59,600 nucleotides of DNA, taken from positions 1 to 59,600 of the forward strand of contig JBGGMZ010000179.1 in assembly GCA_041287745.1 (NCBI GenBank), read 5' to 3'. Shown piece by piece: positions 19,454 to 29,012 of the stretch. The position numbers and the translations under genes are program-made. The DNA is from Chthoniobacter sp. (GTDB lineage Bacteria > Verrucomicrobiota > Verrucomicrobiia > Chthoniobacterales > Chthoniobacteraceae). Each line of letters starts with the position of its first letter. Position 1 is the stretch's first letter. Under the pieces are notes generated by a model. That model saw only the letters and a program-made list of their open reading frames with translations, made no database searches and was not told where the DNA came from.

Positions 19454-20794
19454 TTAAGGCGACGTTTTCGCCGGTGCCGAGTTGAGGCCCGTGCTGTTCA
19501 CCGTAATGACCGAGTAGGTGTGCTTTTCCCCGGGCGCGGCGGTGGTGTCGGTGAAGCGCATTTCGGCCAGCGGCGGAGTGGGGGAGTCGCTGTAGCCGTT
19601 GACTTGAAAGATGGCACGGCCAATGAGCCGGGCTGGCGGTTTTTCGGGAAGGTGTGCCAGTTCCTTGCCATCGCGCTCGATGATGAAGCCCGCGACGCCG
19701 CTCTCGAGATCGGCTTCGGCGTTCCAGGTGAGTTCGTTGCCGTTGAGCTTCACGTCGGTGGGAGCAGGGGGCGGAGTGGTGTCGCTGACGTTGCCGTCCT
19801 TGATGTATTCGGCGTAGGCCTTGGCGACGCGCTCGTTCGGCAGCCACACGGCGGTCTTTACGTCGCCGGTGAATTTGGCGCTGGGCTGTACGTCTCCATT
19901 GAGGACGGGTGCAATCCAACCGCCGTCGGTAGGCATGGGCTTCAACTTCGCATCCCCCGCATGATCGGGCAGGCGCGCGCTAAGGCAGGCGTCGAACCAG
20001 GGGATGGCGAGGTAGCGAGAGTTGGCGCAGTCGTGGCTGCTATTCGGATCGGCTGCCACCGCGATGAGCGCACCACGTGCACGCATGTCCGTGAAGAATT
20101 TCTGCACATTCGGCCACAGGCCGCCGAAGCGCGGATCCTTTTCCGTCACGCCTTCCCGCGTGCCGAGATTGCACATCGTCGGCACTGCGCAGGAGGCGTC
20201 GGGAAGTTCCGCGAGCGTCGCCGGTGAACCATCGCGCGGAGAGATGCGCGGCGTGCCCGAGCGCAGCCATGCAGCGGCGATGCGGTCGGGGTGTAGCGCG
20301 AGCATGTTGCCCACCCAATTTGCGCCCCCGGAGTGTCCCCACAGCGCCCACGGAACCGTGGCGAGTTCGGGATGGTGCGACTGCGCACCAAGCTCGCCCA
20401 GCGCCTTGAGGAATGCTTGTTCCGAGCCGTTCCGCGGATCGCACCACATGCTGCAGACCGCTTTCTCCGGCTGCTCATACGCGGGCCCGATCAGCGCGCA
20501 CTCGTGCTTCTTCGCCAGCGCCTGCCATTGCAGATCGAAAGCAGCCGTGAGCCCCGATTTGCAAGAGCCCTCGCCGCAACCGTGCTGATGAACAATGACC
20601 CCGCGCAGCGTCTTTACGCCCGGTGGAATCCAAATGGTATAGCTGACCGGGAAGATCAGGCCGTCAGGCGCATTGGAAGCCTCATAACGCACGCGGTAGT
20701 AAGGCGGTGCCGTGGGCGGCACCGGCGCATATTCCGCGTGCAGGGTGAGAGCGCAGAGAGCGGAGAGATAGAAAGCGTGAAGCGGGAATTTCAT
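19454..20794 (-). CDS. secreted alpha/beta hydrolase-fold protein with C-terminal FN3-like domain
   Basis: Signal peptide, HQHGCG, WGHSGG nucleophile, PPAPTDVK...TWNA...YSVITVN. Confidence 0.75.
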   Translation of the reverse strand: MKFPLHAFYLSALCALTLHAEYAPVPPTAPPYYRVRYEASNAPDGLIFPVSYTIWIPPGVKTLRGVIVHQHGCGEGSCKSGLTAAFDLQWQALAKKHECALIGPAYEQPEKAVCSMWCDPRNGSEQAFLKALGELGAQSHHPELATVPWALWGHSGGANWVGNMLALHPDRIAAAWLRSGTPRISPRDGSPATLAELPDASCAVPTMCNLGTREGVTEKDPRFGGLWPNVQKFFTDMRARGALIAVAADPNSSHDCANSRYLAIPWFDACLSARLPDHAGDAKLKPMPTDGGWIAPVLNGDVQPSAKFTGDVKTAVWLPNERVAKAYAEYIKDGNVSDTTPPPAPTDVKLNGNELTWNAEADLESGVAGFIIERDGKELAHLPEKPPARLIGRAIFQVNGYSDSPTPPLAEMRFTDTTAAPGEKHTYSVITVNSTGLNSAPAKTSP

Positions 20795-20833
20795 GGGCGG
20801 GAAAGAGGCACAAAAGGAACTGCCGATGTGAGC

Positions 20834-20868
20834 AGTTCTTAGTGCTTAGTTCTGAGTTCTCAGTTTCC
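20834..20868. repeat. five degenerate tandem heptamers
   Basis: AGTTCTT AGTGCTT AGTTCTG AGTTCTC AGTTTCC in an intergenic gap. Confidence 0.6.
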
Positions 20869-20878
20869 GCGCGTCCGG

Positions 20879-21517
20879 TTACGCGGCTGGAGTGAAGCCC
20901 AGGATGATATCGTGCTTCGCGGAGAGTTCGCCGGCCTTGGCGCCGGGGATGGGCGCGAACTCGGCGCAGAGCAGTTCGGGATTCTTCACACCGCGCGTCA
21001 CGCCGTCCTTGTCGTTTTTGGGGTCGCCTTGGATGTGCAGTTCCGTCGTCCACTTGTCGTGGCCGGGTGCCTTGACGGCGAAGTGGATATGCGGGCAACG
21101 GCCGGTGTAGGCTACGGGCTTGATCGTGCGGAAAAGATACTCGCCGCTGCTGCCGGTGAGGAAGCGGCCATAGCCCTGGAAATTTTTGTCGGCGTGCGAT
21201 TTGTCACCGCCGCTCCCGCTGTGGATGTAGATGCCATTCGCGTCGGCTTCCCAAATCTCAACCGTGGCGTTGCGGATGGGCTCGCCGGTAGAACCGAGGA
21301 TGCGTCCGCTGACAAAGGCGATCTCGCCGACAGCCGGGGTGAGCGAGTCGTTGATCAGGATCAGGTCGTTGTCCGTATCGAGCGGAAGGTGATCGGGATA
21401 GAAGGGGCCGAAGCCCACGGCGGGCGTCTGTATGAGCGCCTCGGCATAGGCGCCGGGAACGGCAAAGAAAGCAGCGGTGGCGGCGAGGTTGCCGAGGAAG
21501 TGGCGACGGGTATTCAT
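20879..21517 (-). CDS. Tat-exported intradiol ring-cleavage dioxygenase family protein
   Basis: MNTRRHFL twin-arginine signal; GPFYP, EIWEADANGIY, TIKPVAYTGRCPHIHF (Tyr/Tyr/His/His iron ligands). Confidence 0.88.
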   Translation of the reverse strand: MNTRRHFLGNLAATAAFFAVPGAYAEALIQTPAVGFGPFYPDHLPLDTDNDLILINDSLTPAVGEIAFVSGRILGSTGEPIRNATVEIWEADANGIYIHSGSGGDKSHADKNFQGYGRFLTGSSGEYLFRTIKPVAYTGRCPHIHFAVKAPGHDKWTTELHIQGDPKNDKDGVTRGVKNPELLCAEFAPIPGAKAGELSAKHDIILGFTPAA

Positions 21518-21602
21518 GGGGGGGGAGGCGAATGAGGAAACAGTCGCATAAGATTCCGGCTGTAGCACGCCTGAAATGGTAAGGTGCTGGGAGGGGAAGA
21601 AT

Positions 21603-21688
21603 GAGCCACGAATTGGCACGGATAAGCACGGATGGAGAGAGGCGCTTCTTTCCGTGATCCGTGTTTCATCCGGGTCCATCCGTGGCTC
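21603..21688. repeat. REP-like imperfect inverted repeat of CACGGAT units
   Basis: GAGCCACGAATTGGCACGGATAAGCACGGAT ... ATCCGTGTTTCATCCGGGTCCATCCGTGGCTC. Confidence 0.7.
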
Positions 21689-21716
21689 AAATTCGATCTT
21701 CCGACGCACGATGGCG

Positions 21717-21752
21717 TTGACAGGAGCTCACGAAAACCGGTATACCGGTTTT
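21717..21752 (+). promoter_or_regulatory. promoter with GntR operator
   Basis: TTGACA (21717-21722)-18nt-TATACC; the perfect 20-bp palindrome AAAACCGGTATACCGGTTTT (21733-21752) covers the -10 and ends 3 nt before the GntR ATG. Confidence 0.75.
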
Positions 21753-21755
21753 GCA

Positions 21756-22595
21756 ATGAGGAATACCCCCAGTCCCAAACGCACAGCGACCTCTCGCTCC
21801 CGTGCACGCACCAAAAGTGCGCCGGCTGCTTCCTCCAAGCTCGCCCAACTCGCCTACGAGCACCTCCAGGAACAACTCTGGAGCGGGCAACTGGCCGCTG
21901 GGGAAAAGATTTCCGAGGCACGTCTCGCGGCGGGATTAGGCATGAGCCGCACGCCGGTGCGCGAGGCCATTCGCCGCATGGAGACGGAGGGGATGGTCAC
22001 GCAGGTCGCCTCCAGCGGCACTTACGTGGCGGTGCCGGAGCGCGCGGAAATCGTCGAGGCCTATGAAGTGCGGATGGCCATTGAGAGTTTTGCCGTGCGC
22101 AAGGCGACGCGCCGCATGAAGCCGGCGCAGGTCGTGGAGTTGCAGAAGTTGTGCGATCAGATGCAGGCCGCCATCCGCGATTTCCGAAAATCGAAGAAGC
22201 CGGTGATGCTCGGGGAGCCGCTGCGCCGCTACCTGAATGCCGACCTGGCTTTTCATCATTTGCTGCTGCGTGCAGCGGACAATCGGCGGGCGCTGGCCAT
22301 CTTCGGTGATGTCAACCTGCGCAGCGCCATCTTTGGCTGCCGCAGTCATCAGCGGGACCTGCATCACGTCGCCTGGGTGTGGCTGTTGCATGCCCGCGTG
22401 GCGCGTGCCGTGCGGCGGCGCGATCCCGCGCAGGCGGAGCGCTGGCTTACGGCGCATATGCAGGCCAGCATGGATGCCGCGCTCGAGGCTTACGATGCCC
22501 GGCGCGGACGCCAGGAGCCGCCGTCGACGAATCCTCCCAAGCTCACCGAAGCCATGGCCGCACTCATCGCAGAGCTGCGCGAACGCCCGCGATAA
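21756..22595 (+). CDS. GntR (FadR/FCD) family regulator
   Basis: ISEARLAAGLGMSRTPVREAIRRM HTH; DLAFHHLL..AADN FCD motif. Confidence 0.92.
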   Translation: MRNTPSPKRTATSRSRARTKSAPAASSKLAQLAYEHLQEQLWSGQLAAGEKISEARLAAGLGMSRTPVREAIRRMETEGMVTQVASSGTYVAVPERAEIVEAYEVRMAIESFAVRKATRRMKPAQVVELQKLCDQMQAAIRDFRKSKKPVMLGEPLRRYLNADLAFHHLLLRAADNRRALAIFGDVNLRSAIFGCRSHQRDLHHVAWVWLLHARVARAVRRRDPAQAERWLTAHMQASMDAALEAYDARRGRQEPPSTNPPKLTEAMAALIAELRERPR

Positions 22596-22609
22596 AACCG
22601 ACTCTATCG

Positions 22610-24040
22610 ATGCACGCGCCGACTACTCACGCCACGCCCACCCGGGTCCGCCGTGGTGTGCTGTTCTTCGGCTGCGCGCTGTCGATGATCACGTTTCTCG
22701 ATCGTGTGGCCATTGCCTCGGCGGCGGGCAATATCGTGCAGGCGCTCGGATTGCAAAGTGTCGCCGATTTGAAGTGGGCATTCACGGCGTTTGCCCTCGC
22801 TTATGCGCTCTTTGAAGTGCCGACAGGTTGGATGGGCGATGTCTTCGGGCCGCGGCGCAGTCTGCTCCGGATCGTGCTCTGGTGGTCGGCGTTTACGATG
22901 CTCACTGCGGTAGTGGGTCTGCGGTTCGGGCCGGTGACTTTCGGGCTGGGGTTTCTGATCGCGGTGCGCGTGCTCTTTGGGCTGGGCGAAGCGGGTGCGT
23001 ATCCGAATGTGACGCGGGCGCTGCACAATTGGTTGCCTCTCGAAGAGCGCGGATGGGGGCAGGGGCTGGTCTGGTTTTTTGGGAAGTTGATGGGTGGGCT
23101 GACGCCGTTTCTTTGGACGTTACTCGTGGTGGGGACGGCGGCCACTCCCGCGTTGCTGAATTGGCGGAGTGCGTTTTGTGCCTTCGGCATTCTCGGCGTT
23201 GCCTGGTGCGTGTTGTTTGCCCGCTGGTTCCGCGATCGGCCCGAGGAAAAGCCGGAGGTGAATGCAGCGGAGTTGGCTTTGATTCATCGCGATCGCACGG
23301 ATACTTCGCACGCCCATGGAAGCCTGCCCTGGCGGCAGATGCTGTCGAACGGGAGCTTTCTCGCCCTGTGCCTCATGTATGCCGCGCAGGCCTACGGCTG
23401 GTATTTCAATATCACGTATCTACCGCAATTCCTCGAGCGGCAGTATGGCCTGCCAAACAGCAGCATGCTTGCGGCGCTCTACAAGGGCGGACCGTTGCTT
23501 GCGGGGGCAATTGGCAGCCTGCTCGGAGGCATGATCACCGATGCCATTATTCGCCGGACTGGAGATCGCCGCCGTGCGCGGCGGCTCTGTGGGTGGGTCG
23601 GGCACAGCATCTGTGTCGTCTGCTTTCTCGTCTGTCCGTTTGCGCCCAACGCCTTTGTGTTCTTCGTGGCCACGTCTCTCGCCGCATTTTCGACCGACCT
23701 TACGGTGCCGAGTGCGTGGGCTACGTGTCAGGACATCGGCGGTCGCTGCGCGGCGACGGTAGGGGCATTTATGAATACCGGTGCGGGCCTGGCCGGGGCG
23801 CTGGCGGGTTGGGTCACGGGCTCCGTGCTGGAGCGCGCGGTGTCCGATCACGCCCGGACGCTGGGGGTGGCGGCCGCGCAGCTGACCTTCGAGCAAACCA
23901 CCGTCGCGCTGCGGCACGGTTACCAGATCAATTTCTTCAGCTTCGCCGCGCTCTATGTCGTGGCCTTCTTCTGTTGGTTCAAGATCGATCCAACTCGGCG
24001 GCTGGAGTCGGAACCGACTATCCCTCCTTCCATTTCATGA
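22610..24040 (+). CDS. MFS transporter, anion:cation symporter (sugar-acid) type
   Basis: ITFLDRVAI, GWMGDVFGPRR, GLGEAGAYP and WLPLEERG motifs; multiple TM helices. Confidence 0.92.
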   Translation: MHAPTTHATPTRVRRGVLFFGCALSMITFLDRVAIASAAGNIVQALGLQSVADLKWAFTAFALAYALFEVPTGWMGDVFGPRRSLLRIVLWWSAFTMLTAVVGLRFGPVTFGLGFLIAVRVLFGLGEAGAYPNVTRALHNWLPLEERGWGQGLVWFFGKLMGGLTPFLWTLLVVGTAATPALLNWRSAFCAFGILGVAWCVLFARWFRDRPEEKPEVNAAELALIHRDRTDTSHAHGSLPWRQMLSNGSFLALCLMYAAQAYGWYFNITYLPQFLERQYGLPNSSMLAALYKGGPLLAGAIGSLLGGMITDAIIRRTGDRRRARRLCGWVGHSICVVCFLVCPFAPNAFVFFVATSLAAFSTDLTVPSAWATCQDIGGRCAATVGAFMNTGAGLAGALAGWVTGSVLERAVSDHARTLGVAAAQLTFEQTTVALRHGYQINFFSFAALYVVAFFCWFKIDPTRRLESEPTIPPSIS

Positions 24041-25245
24041 GAACGATCATCGCGGCCCTGCTCGCTTCTTCCATCTCGCTATTCTCGCTCCTGGCGGAAG
24101 AAGCGAGTGCACCCGCACGGACCGCGGGCTTGCTGCCGCCGGGGTGGAATGCGAAGCAGGCGGGAGACAAGGTGCTGGCTGGCTTGTTCAAAGTCTCGGC
24201 GCCGGAGGTGAAGGGTGCGCACGATGCGGAGTTTGTCGTGGTCGGCGACAGAGCCTTTGTCGTGTATGAGGCCAACGACGTGAAGGCTGGTGAAAACGCC
24301 GAGTGGCCCTTCATTTACGCCGCGCTCTCGGTGGTGAATATCCAGTCGCATAGCGTGGAGCGCGCGATGGTCATTGCTCGCTCGGAGCAGCAGTTTGCCA
24401 ACGAAACGCTGCCTGCCGGCGCCTGCTTTGTTCCGCGCATTCTGCAAAAGGACGGTCACACGCTGCGCTGTTACTTCGCCAGCGAGGCACCGCGCACGCG
24501 GCAATCGCAGACGTGGTTCATGGACTTCGATACGGCCCGGCTGGCATTCACGAATGAAATCCATCGCGCCAAAATCAAGACAGCTGCCGGCACTTTCGAT
24601 ATGACGCCTCAGGCCTTTTATGAGGATGCGCTGGCGCAGGGCTTCCAGCGCCCACCGAGGGATTTCGGCCTGTATATTTTCGATTCGTTCAAGGTCTTCG
24701 ATGGAAAGACGTACGTGGCGCTGAATAACTACGCGACGGGCCAGAACGCTCTCGCCGTAATGAACGCGAATCTCGATACCTTCGAGGTGTTGGGCCACTA
24801 CAACGAGCCGGCTGCAATCAAACTCACGGAGTCGGCGGTGAACCGCTTGCCCGATGGCACGTGGATGGCGATCTGCCGTCAGGATGGTGGAAACAAGAAC
24901 TACGCCTTCACTACGAGCAAGGATGGCCGGACCTGGACCAAGGGTGAGTTTCGCGACTTTGTGCCGAATGGTGGCAGCTCGAGGCCGACCTTCGACTGCT
25001 TCAACGGCATCTATTATCTCGGCTGGCAGGAGAGCCCGACGGTGGATGGCGTTGGCCGTTCGATTTTCAATATCGATGTCTCGCGTGATGGCGTGAAGTG
25101 GGCGCGCAAGTATCGCTTCGAGACTGCGCACTCATTTCAGTATCCCACTTTTCACCAGCACGACGGCGCGATCTATCTCACCGTCACGCAAGGTGATTCC
25201 GACCCCAGCCGCAAGGAGCGCATCATGTTTGGCCAGCTGGAGTAA
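24037..25245 (+). CDS. secreted Asp-box beta-propeller (sialidase-like) protein
   Basis: Start ATG overlaps the MFS stop (ATGA); signal peptide; TSKDGRTW, VSRDGVKW, FQYP. Confidence 0.75.
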   Translation: MRTIIAALLASSISLFSLLAEEASAPARTAGLLPPGWNAKQAGDKVLAGLFKVSAPEVKGAHDAEFVVVGDRAFVVYEANDVKAGENAEWPFIYAALSVVNIQSHSVERAMVIARSEQQFANETLPAGACFVPRILQKDGHTLRCYFASEAPRTRQSQTWFMDFDTARLAFTNEIHRAKIKTAAGTFDMTPQAFYEDALAQGFQRPPRDFGLYIFDSFKVFDGKTYVALNNYATGQNALAVMNANLDTFEVLGHYNEPAAIKLTESAVNRLPDGTWMAICRQDGGNKNYAFTTSKDGRTWTKGEFRDFVPNGGSSRPTFDCFNGIYYLGWQESPTVDGVGRSIFNIDVSRDGVKWARKYRFETAHSFQYPTFHQHDGAIYLTVTQGDSDPSRKERIMFGQLE

Positions 25246-25270
25246 TGCTTTCCACCCAACCGACCCTGCC

Positions 25271-26446
25271 ATGAAAATCCACCGATACCTTCCCTTTCTC
25301 GGAGCGCTCCTGCTGTGCCACACGACATCGCTCCTTCGGGCTGAAACTTCAGATGCCGTGGCCACGCCGCCGGCGCCCAATTTCTCGCCGGGCCCCGAGT
25401 ACGCCGACGGCGTGCGCATGTTTCAGGGCATCCCGGGCATCGAGCGTGCCGCGAATGGCCGCCTGTGGGCCTGCTGGTATGGCGGCGGCATCACTGAGGA
25501 TAGATTCAACTATATCATGCTCGTGACGAGCGACGACGATGGGAAGACATGGTCTTCGCTCAAGCTCGTGCTTGATCCCGATCGCGATGGCCCGGTGCGG
25601 GCCTTCGATCCCTGCCTCTGGCATGATCCCTCGGGCAAGCTGTGGCTCTTCTGGGCACAGCGTGCGGAGAAAGCGATGCCGCAGCTCTTCGCCATGAGCA
25701 CAAGTGACTCGGGAGTGGCTGACCCGAAGTGGTCGCAGCCGGCGCGGATCGCCGATGGCATCATGATGAACAAGCCCACGGTCGCGACCGATGGCAGTTG
25801 GCTCCTGCCGACCGCGTTGTGGAATCGAGAGGGCAGTTCACGAGTGGTGCGATCTTCCGATCAAGGCGCCACTTGGGAACTGATCGGCAGCGCCACCATT
25901 CCCAAGCCCGAGGACCGCAACTGCGACGAAAACATGATCGTGCAGCGCAAGGATGGCAGCCTCTGGATGCTCGTGCGGACACATTATGGCATCGGCGAAA
26001 GCATCTCCGCCGATGGCGGCAAAACGTGGAGTGAAGTGACTCCCACAAGTATCCCTCACGCCGTCTCACGTTTCTTCATCCGGCGGCTGGCCTCCGGCAA
26101 ACTGCTCCTCGTGCGGCACAACTCACCGAACACGAAAGCCCGCTCGCATTTGACCGCATACTTGAGCGACGACGATGGCAAGACTTGGAGCGGAGGATTG
26201 CTCCTCGATGAACGTGTCGGCGTTTCCTATCCCGATGGCATCCAGGACAAGGATGGAGTGATCCGCGTCATCTACGATTTCAGCCGGACGAAGGACAAAC
26301 AGATCTTCATGGCGGCATTCACCGAGAAGGATGTCGTGGCCGGTCAGCCATCGGACTCCACGCGACTTCGCGTCTTGATCAATCAAGCGACGGGCATCGC
26401 TCCAGCGAAAGTGCAAAAGCCAGCCGCGCCAGCGCCTGCCCTATGA
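25271..26446 (+). CDS. secreted BNR/Asp-box sialidase-family protein
   Basis: Signal peptide; FQGIPGIE; Asp-boxes SDDDGKTW, SSDQGATW, SADGGKTW, SDDDGKTW; VSYPD. Confidence 0.88.
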   Translation: MKIHRYLPFLGALLLCHTTSLLRAETSDAVATPPAPNFSPGPEYADGVRMFQGIPGIERAANGRLWACWYGGGITEDRFNYIMLVTSDDDGKTWSSLKLVLDPDRDGPVRAFDPCLWHDPSGKLWLFWAQRAEKAMPQLFAMSTSDSGVADPKWSQPARIADGIMMNKPTVATDGSWLLPTALWNREGSSRVVRSSDQGATWELIGSATIPKPEDRNCDENMIVQRKDGSLWMLVRTHYGIGESISADGGKTWSEVTPTSIPHAVSRFFIRRLASGKLLLVRHNSPNTKARSHLTAYLSDDDGKTWSGGLLLDERVGVSYPDGIQDKDGVIRVIYDFSRTKDKQIFMAAFTEKDVVAGQPSDSTRLRVLINQATGIAPAKVQKPAAPAPAL

Positions 26447-27696
26447 AGATCGCCGCATTGCTCTTTCTCTTCGTCATCGGTGTGTCAGCGGCTGAGCTGC
26501 AGCCCGCGCCTCCCCCGGTGGGAGCACTGCCGCCGCTGGTGGTTTCTACCGATCCGGCCTACGACCAATATGTTTCGCGCTTGTATGTGATGAGCACCGT
26601 GCTGCCAAACGGCCGCATCTGCTACGTGGCCTACGGCAGCAAGGGCGTTCCGCCGGGAACCGATGGAGCGGCGCCGCCGAATTACCTGACCTTCTATTAC
26701 TCCGACGACAAGGGCGCGACCCTGCACATCGGCTTCTTCCTCGTGCCGCCACCCGAACCGGAGCCACCCGGCGCGATGGTCGATCCGCGCATTGGCCAGA
26801 CGCCGGACGGCGACGCCATTGTCTATTTCCCGACCGTGCGCGGGGGACGTTCCAAGACGGGATGGTACAGCCTGTATGGTTGTGTCGTGCGGAATTCGCA
26901 GGCCGGCACGCGCGGCACATTTTCCGTCGGGCCTCGTTGTTATCTTTGCCGCGGCACGGCGGGCGTTCCGACGATCGCGGGCTCGGAGATTTTGCTACCG
27001 ACGTTCGTCAGTCTGCGCCAAGGGGAAGGGATCACCCACGACTACGAAGGAGTGCGCCTGTGGCGTCTCGCGATCCGTGAGGGCGATGTGCTCGTGCCCG
27101 AGCTTCTTTCCCAACTCCCGGATCTGCCCGACCTCAGCCACAACAGCGGCTTCTGCGATCCGTTCGTGGTCGCGTTGGGTGAGCACGACTATCGCATGCT
27201 CATTCGGGCCGGCCCTGGTCCCTATTGGTGCGACAGTCATGACAAGGGGCGAGCGGGCAGTTGGGGCGTGCCTTACCAGCCGGCCGGAATCCCGGCAGTG
27301 AAAAACGTCATCGATGGAATGATGACTGACCATGAGGGAGAGTTGGTCGTCGCATATAACGGCTCGCCGCGAGGCCGTCTGCAGGCGGCGCTGGCGGTCT
27401 ATCGGAAGAATGGGGAGATCGCGAAACTCGTCTTCGACCGACGCGAACCGCCCATCGGCACCCACATGGCGAATTTCGTGGTCTCCATCGATCGCGACCG
27501 CGACGGCCACCCGACGGGCAATTACATCGTGACCTACGATCACGGTCGCAACACCAAGGCCGCCGGGCTCGAGCCGGACGGCGTTAATTACCGTGGCGCG
27601 ATCTGCACTGCCATCGTGCCGAAAGCGTCCGTCCTCGCCGGTACACTCGACGGCGTGGTGATCCATGAAGTGCCTACGCATCCGCAATCTCCATAA
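26443..27696 (+). CDS. secreted divergent Asp-box propeller protein
   Basis: Translationally coupled (ATGA); signal peptide; YSDDKGAT, DP motifs, SHDKGRAGSW. Confidence 0.65.
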   Translation: MKIAALLFLFVIGVSAAELQPAPPPVGALPPLVVSTDPAYDQYVSRLYVMSTVLPNGRICYVAYGSKGVPPGTDGAAPPNYLTFYYSDDKGATLHIGFFLVPPPEPEPPGAMVDPRIGQTPDGDAIVYFPTVRGGRSKTGWYSLYGCVVRNSQAGTRGTFSVGPRCYLCRGTAGVPTIAGSEILLPTFVSLRQGEGITHDYEGVRLWRLAIREGDVLVPELLSQLPDLPDLSHNSGFCDPFVVALGEHDYRMLIRAGPGPYWCDSHDKGRAGSWGVPYQPAGIPAVKNVIDGMMTDHEGELVVAYNGSPRGRLQAALAVYRKNGEIAKLVFDRREPPIGTHMANFVVSIDRDRDGHPTGNYIVTYDHGRNTKAAGLEPDGVNYRGAICTAIVPKASVLAGTLDGVVIHEVPTHPQSP

Positions 27697-27709
27697 CCAT
27701 GCGCCTCCC

Positions 27710-29008
27710 GTGAAATATCTGATCTCTCTCTCCTGCCTATTGCTGACTTGGGTGGCTGGCTATGGTGCCGACGCGCCGGTCGCCGCACCGATTCCGCCCA
27801 AGCTGATTACAAACCCGGGTCCCGAGTACAGCCATGCTGCGCGCAAGTGGCAGGGCATCCCGAGCATCGAGGTCGCACCGGGCGGACGCCTGTGGGCGAC
27901 TTGGTACGGCGGGCCGGCAGGCGAAGGGGAGCCGGGAAATCACCAGACGCTCGTGACCAGCGGCGACGATGGCCGCACGTGGTCCGATCCGGTCGCAGTC
28001 TTTCATCCTGAGCCCACGGACAAGAGCCGCTGTGGCGACGGTCATCTCTGGCTCGATCCGCTGGGCCGGCTTTGGTGGGTGGTCAATCGCTACATGAAAG
28101 ACGACACCGGCCCGCTCGGCCCGCGGACCTCGTGGGCGTTCATCAACGCGCACCCCGATGACGCACAACCGCAGTGGTCCGCACCGATCTTGCTCGGGCC
28201 CGGCGTGGGCCTGAACAAGGGGACTGTGCTTTCCACCGGTGAGTGGCTCACCCCGCTCGACAACTTTTCCGCCGATCCGAAATCGACGAATCCGCGCTCC
28301 AGCAAGGGAGGAAAAGTGTATGCGTCCACGGACCAGGGCGCTTCGTGGAATTTCCGTGCCGCGATCGAAATCCCCGAGGTGACTTTCGCCGAGCACATGC
28401 TCGCGGAACGCAAGGACGGCTCGCTCTGGCTGCTCGCGCGGACCAGCTATGGTATCGCGCAGAGCACGTCGAAAGATCACGGCCAGACGTGGAGCGTGGG
28501 GGTGCCATTTACGCGCGAGATGAATGTGAACACGCGCTTCTTCCTGCGCCGTCTGAAATCGGGGCGCATGCTGATGGTGGTGAATGATGATCCCAAAACG
28601 CGCAAGCAACTCACCGCGATGCTTTCCGATGACGACGGCCGTACCTTCCCTCACAAGCTCGTGCTCGACGAGCGCAAGACCAGCTACCCGGACGGCACGG
28701 AGACAGCCGATGGAGGGCTCTATCTCATCTACGATCAGGAGCGATACACACGCGGTGCACAGCAGATCCTTTTCGCGAAGATCACCGAGGCCGACATTCT
28801 CGCCGGGAAGATTGTTAAAGCCACGAGCCGGCTTGCGCAGAAGATCAATCGCCTCGCGGATTTCGGCGGTGGCATCGACGACCAATGGCAGGCCGATGAA
28901 AAGATCCGCGCCGCAGCCCGGGCGAAAAAACGCGGGACCAAAGCGGATGCTGCGAATCCCGTGCGTGATACCCCGGAAAAACTCGAGGACTCACCGAAGA
29001 AGCCCTGA
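27710..29008 (+). CDS. secreted BNR/Asp-box sialidase-family protein
   Basis: GTG start at 27710; signal peptide; WQGIPSIE; SGDDGRTW, STDQGASW, SKDHGQTW, SDDDGRTF; TSYPD. Confidence 0.88.
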   Translation: MKYLISLSCLLLTWVAGYGADAPVAAPIPPKLITNPGPEYSHAARKWQGIPSIEVAPGGRLWATWYGGPAGEGEPGNHQTLVTSGDDGRTWSDPVAVFHPEPTDKSRCGDGHLWLDPLGRLWWVVNRYMKDDTGPLGPRTSWAFINAHPDDAQPQWSAPILLGPGVGLNKGTVLSTGEWLTPLDNFSADPKSTNPRSSKGGKVYASTDQGASWNFRAAIEIPEVTFAEHMLAERKDGSLWLLARTSYGIAQSTSKDHGQTWSVGVPFTREMNVNTRFFLRRLKSGRMLMVVNDDPKTRKQLTAMLSDDDGRTFPHKLVLDERKTSYPDGTETADGGLYLIYDQERYTRGAQQILFAKITEADILAGKIVKATSRLAQKINRLADFGGGIDDQWQADEKIRAAARAKKRGTKADAANPVRDTPEKLEDSPKKP

Positions 29009-29012
29009 TATC

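Noticed and set aside
22828-24036. N-terminal 403 aa of the 805-aa ORF
   Set aside because: Alternative frame overlapping the MFS gene; the real protein starts at ATG 24037 with a signal peptide.
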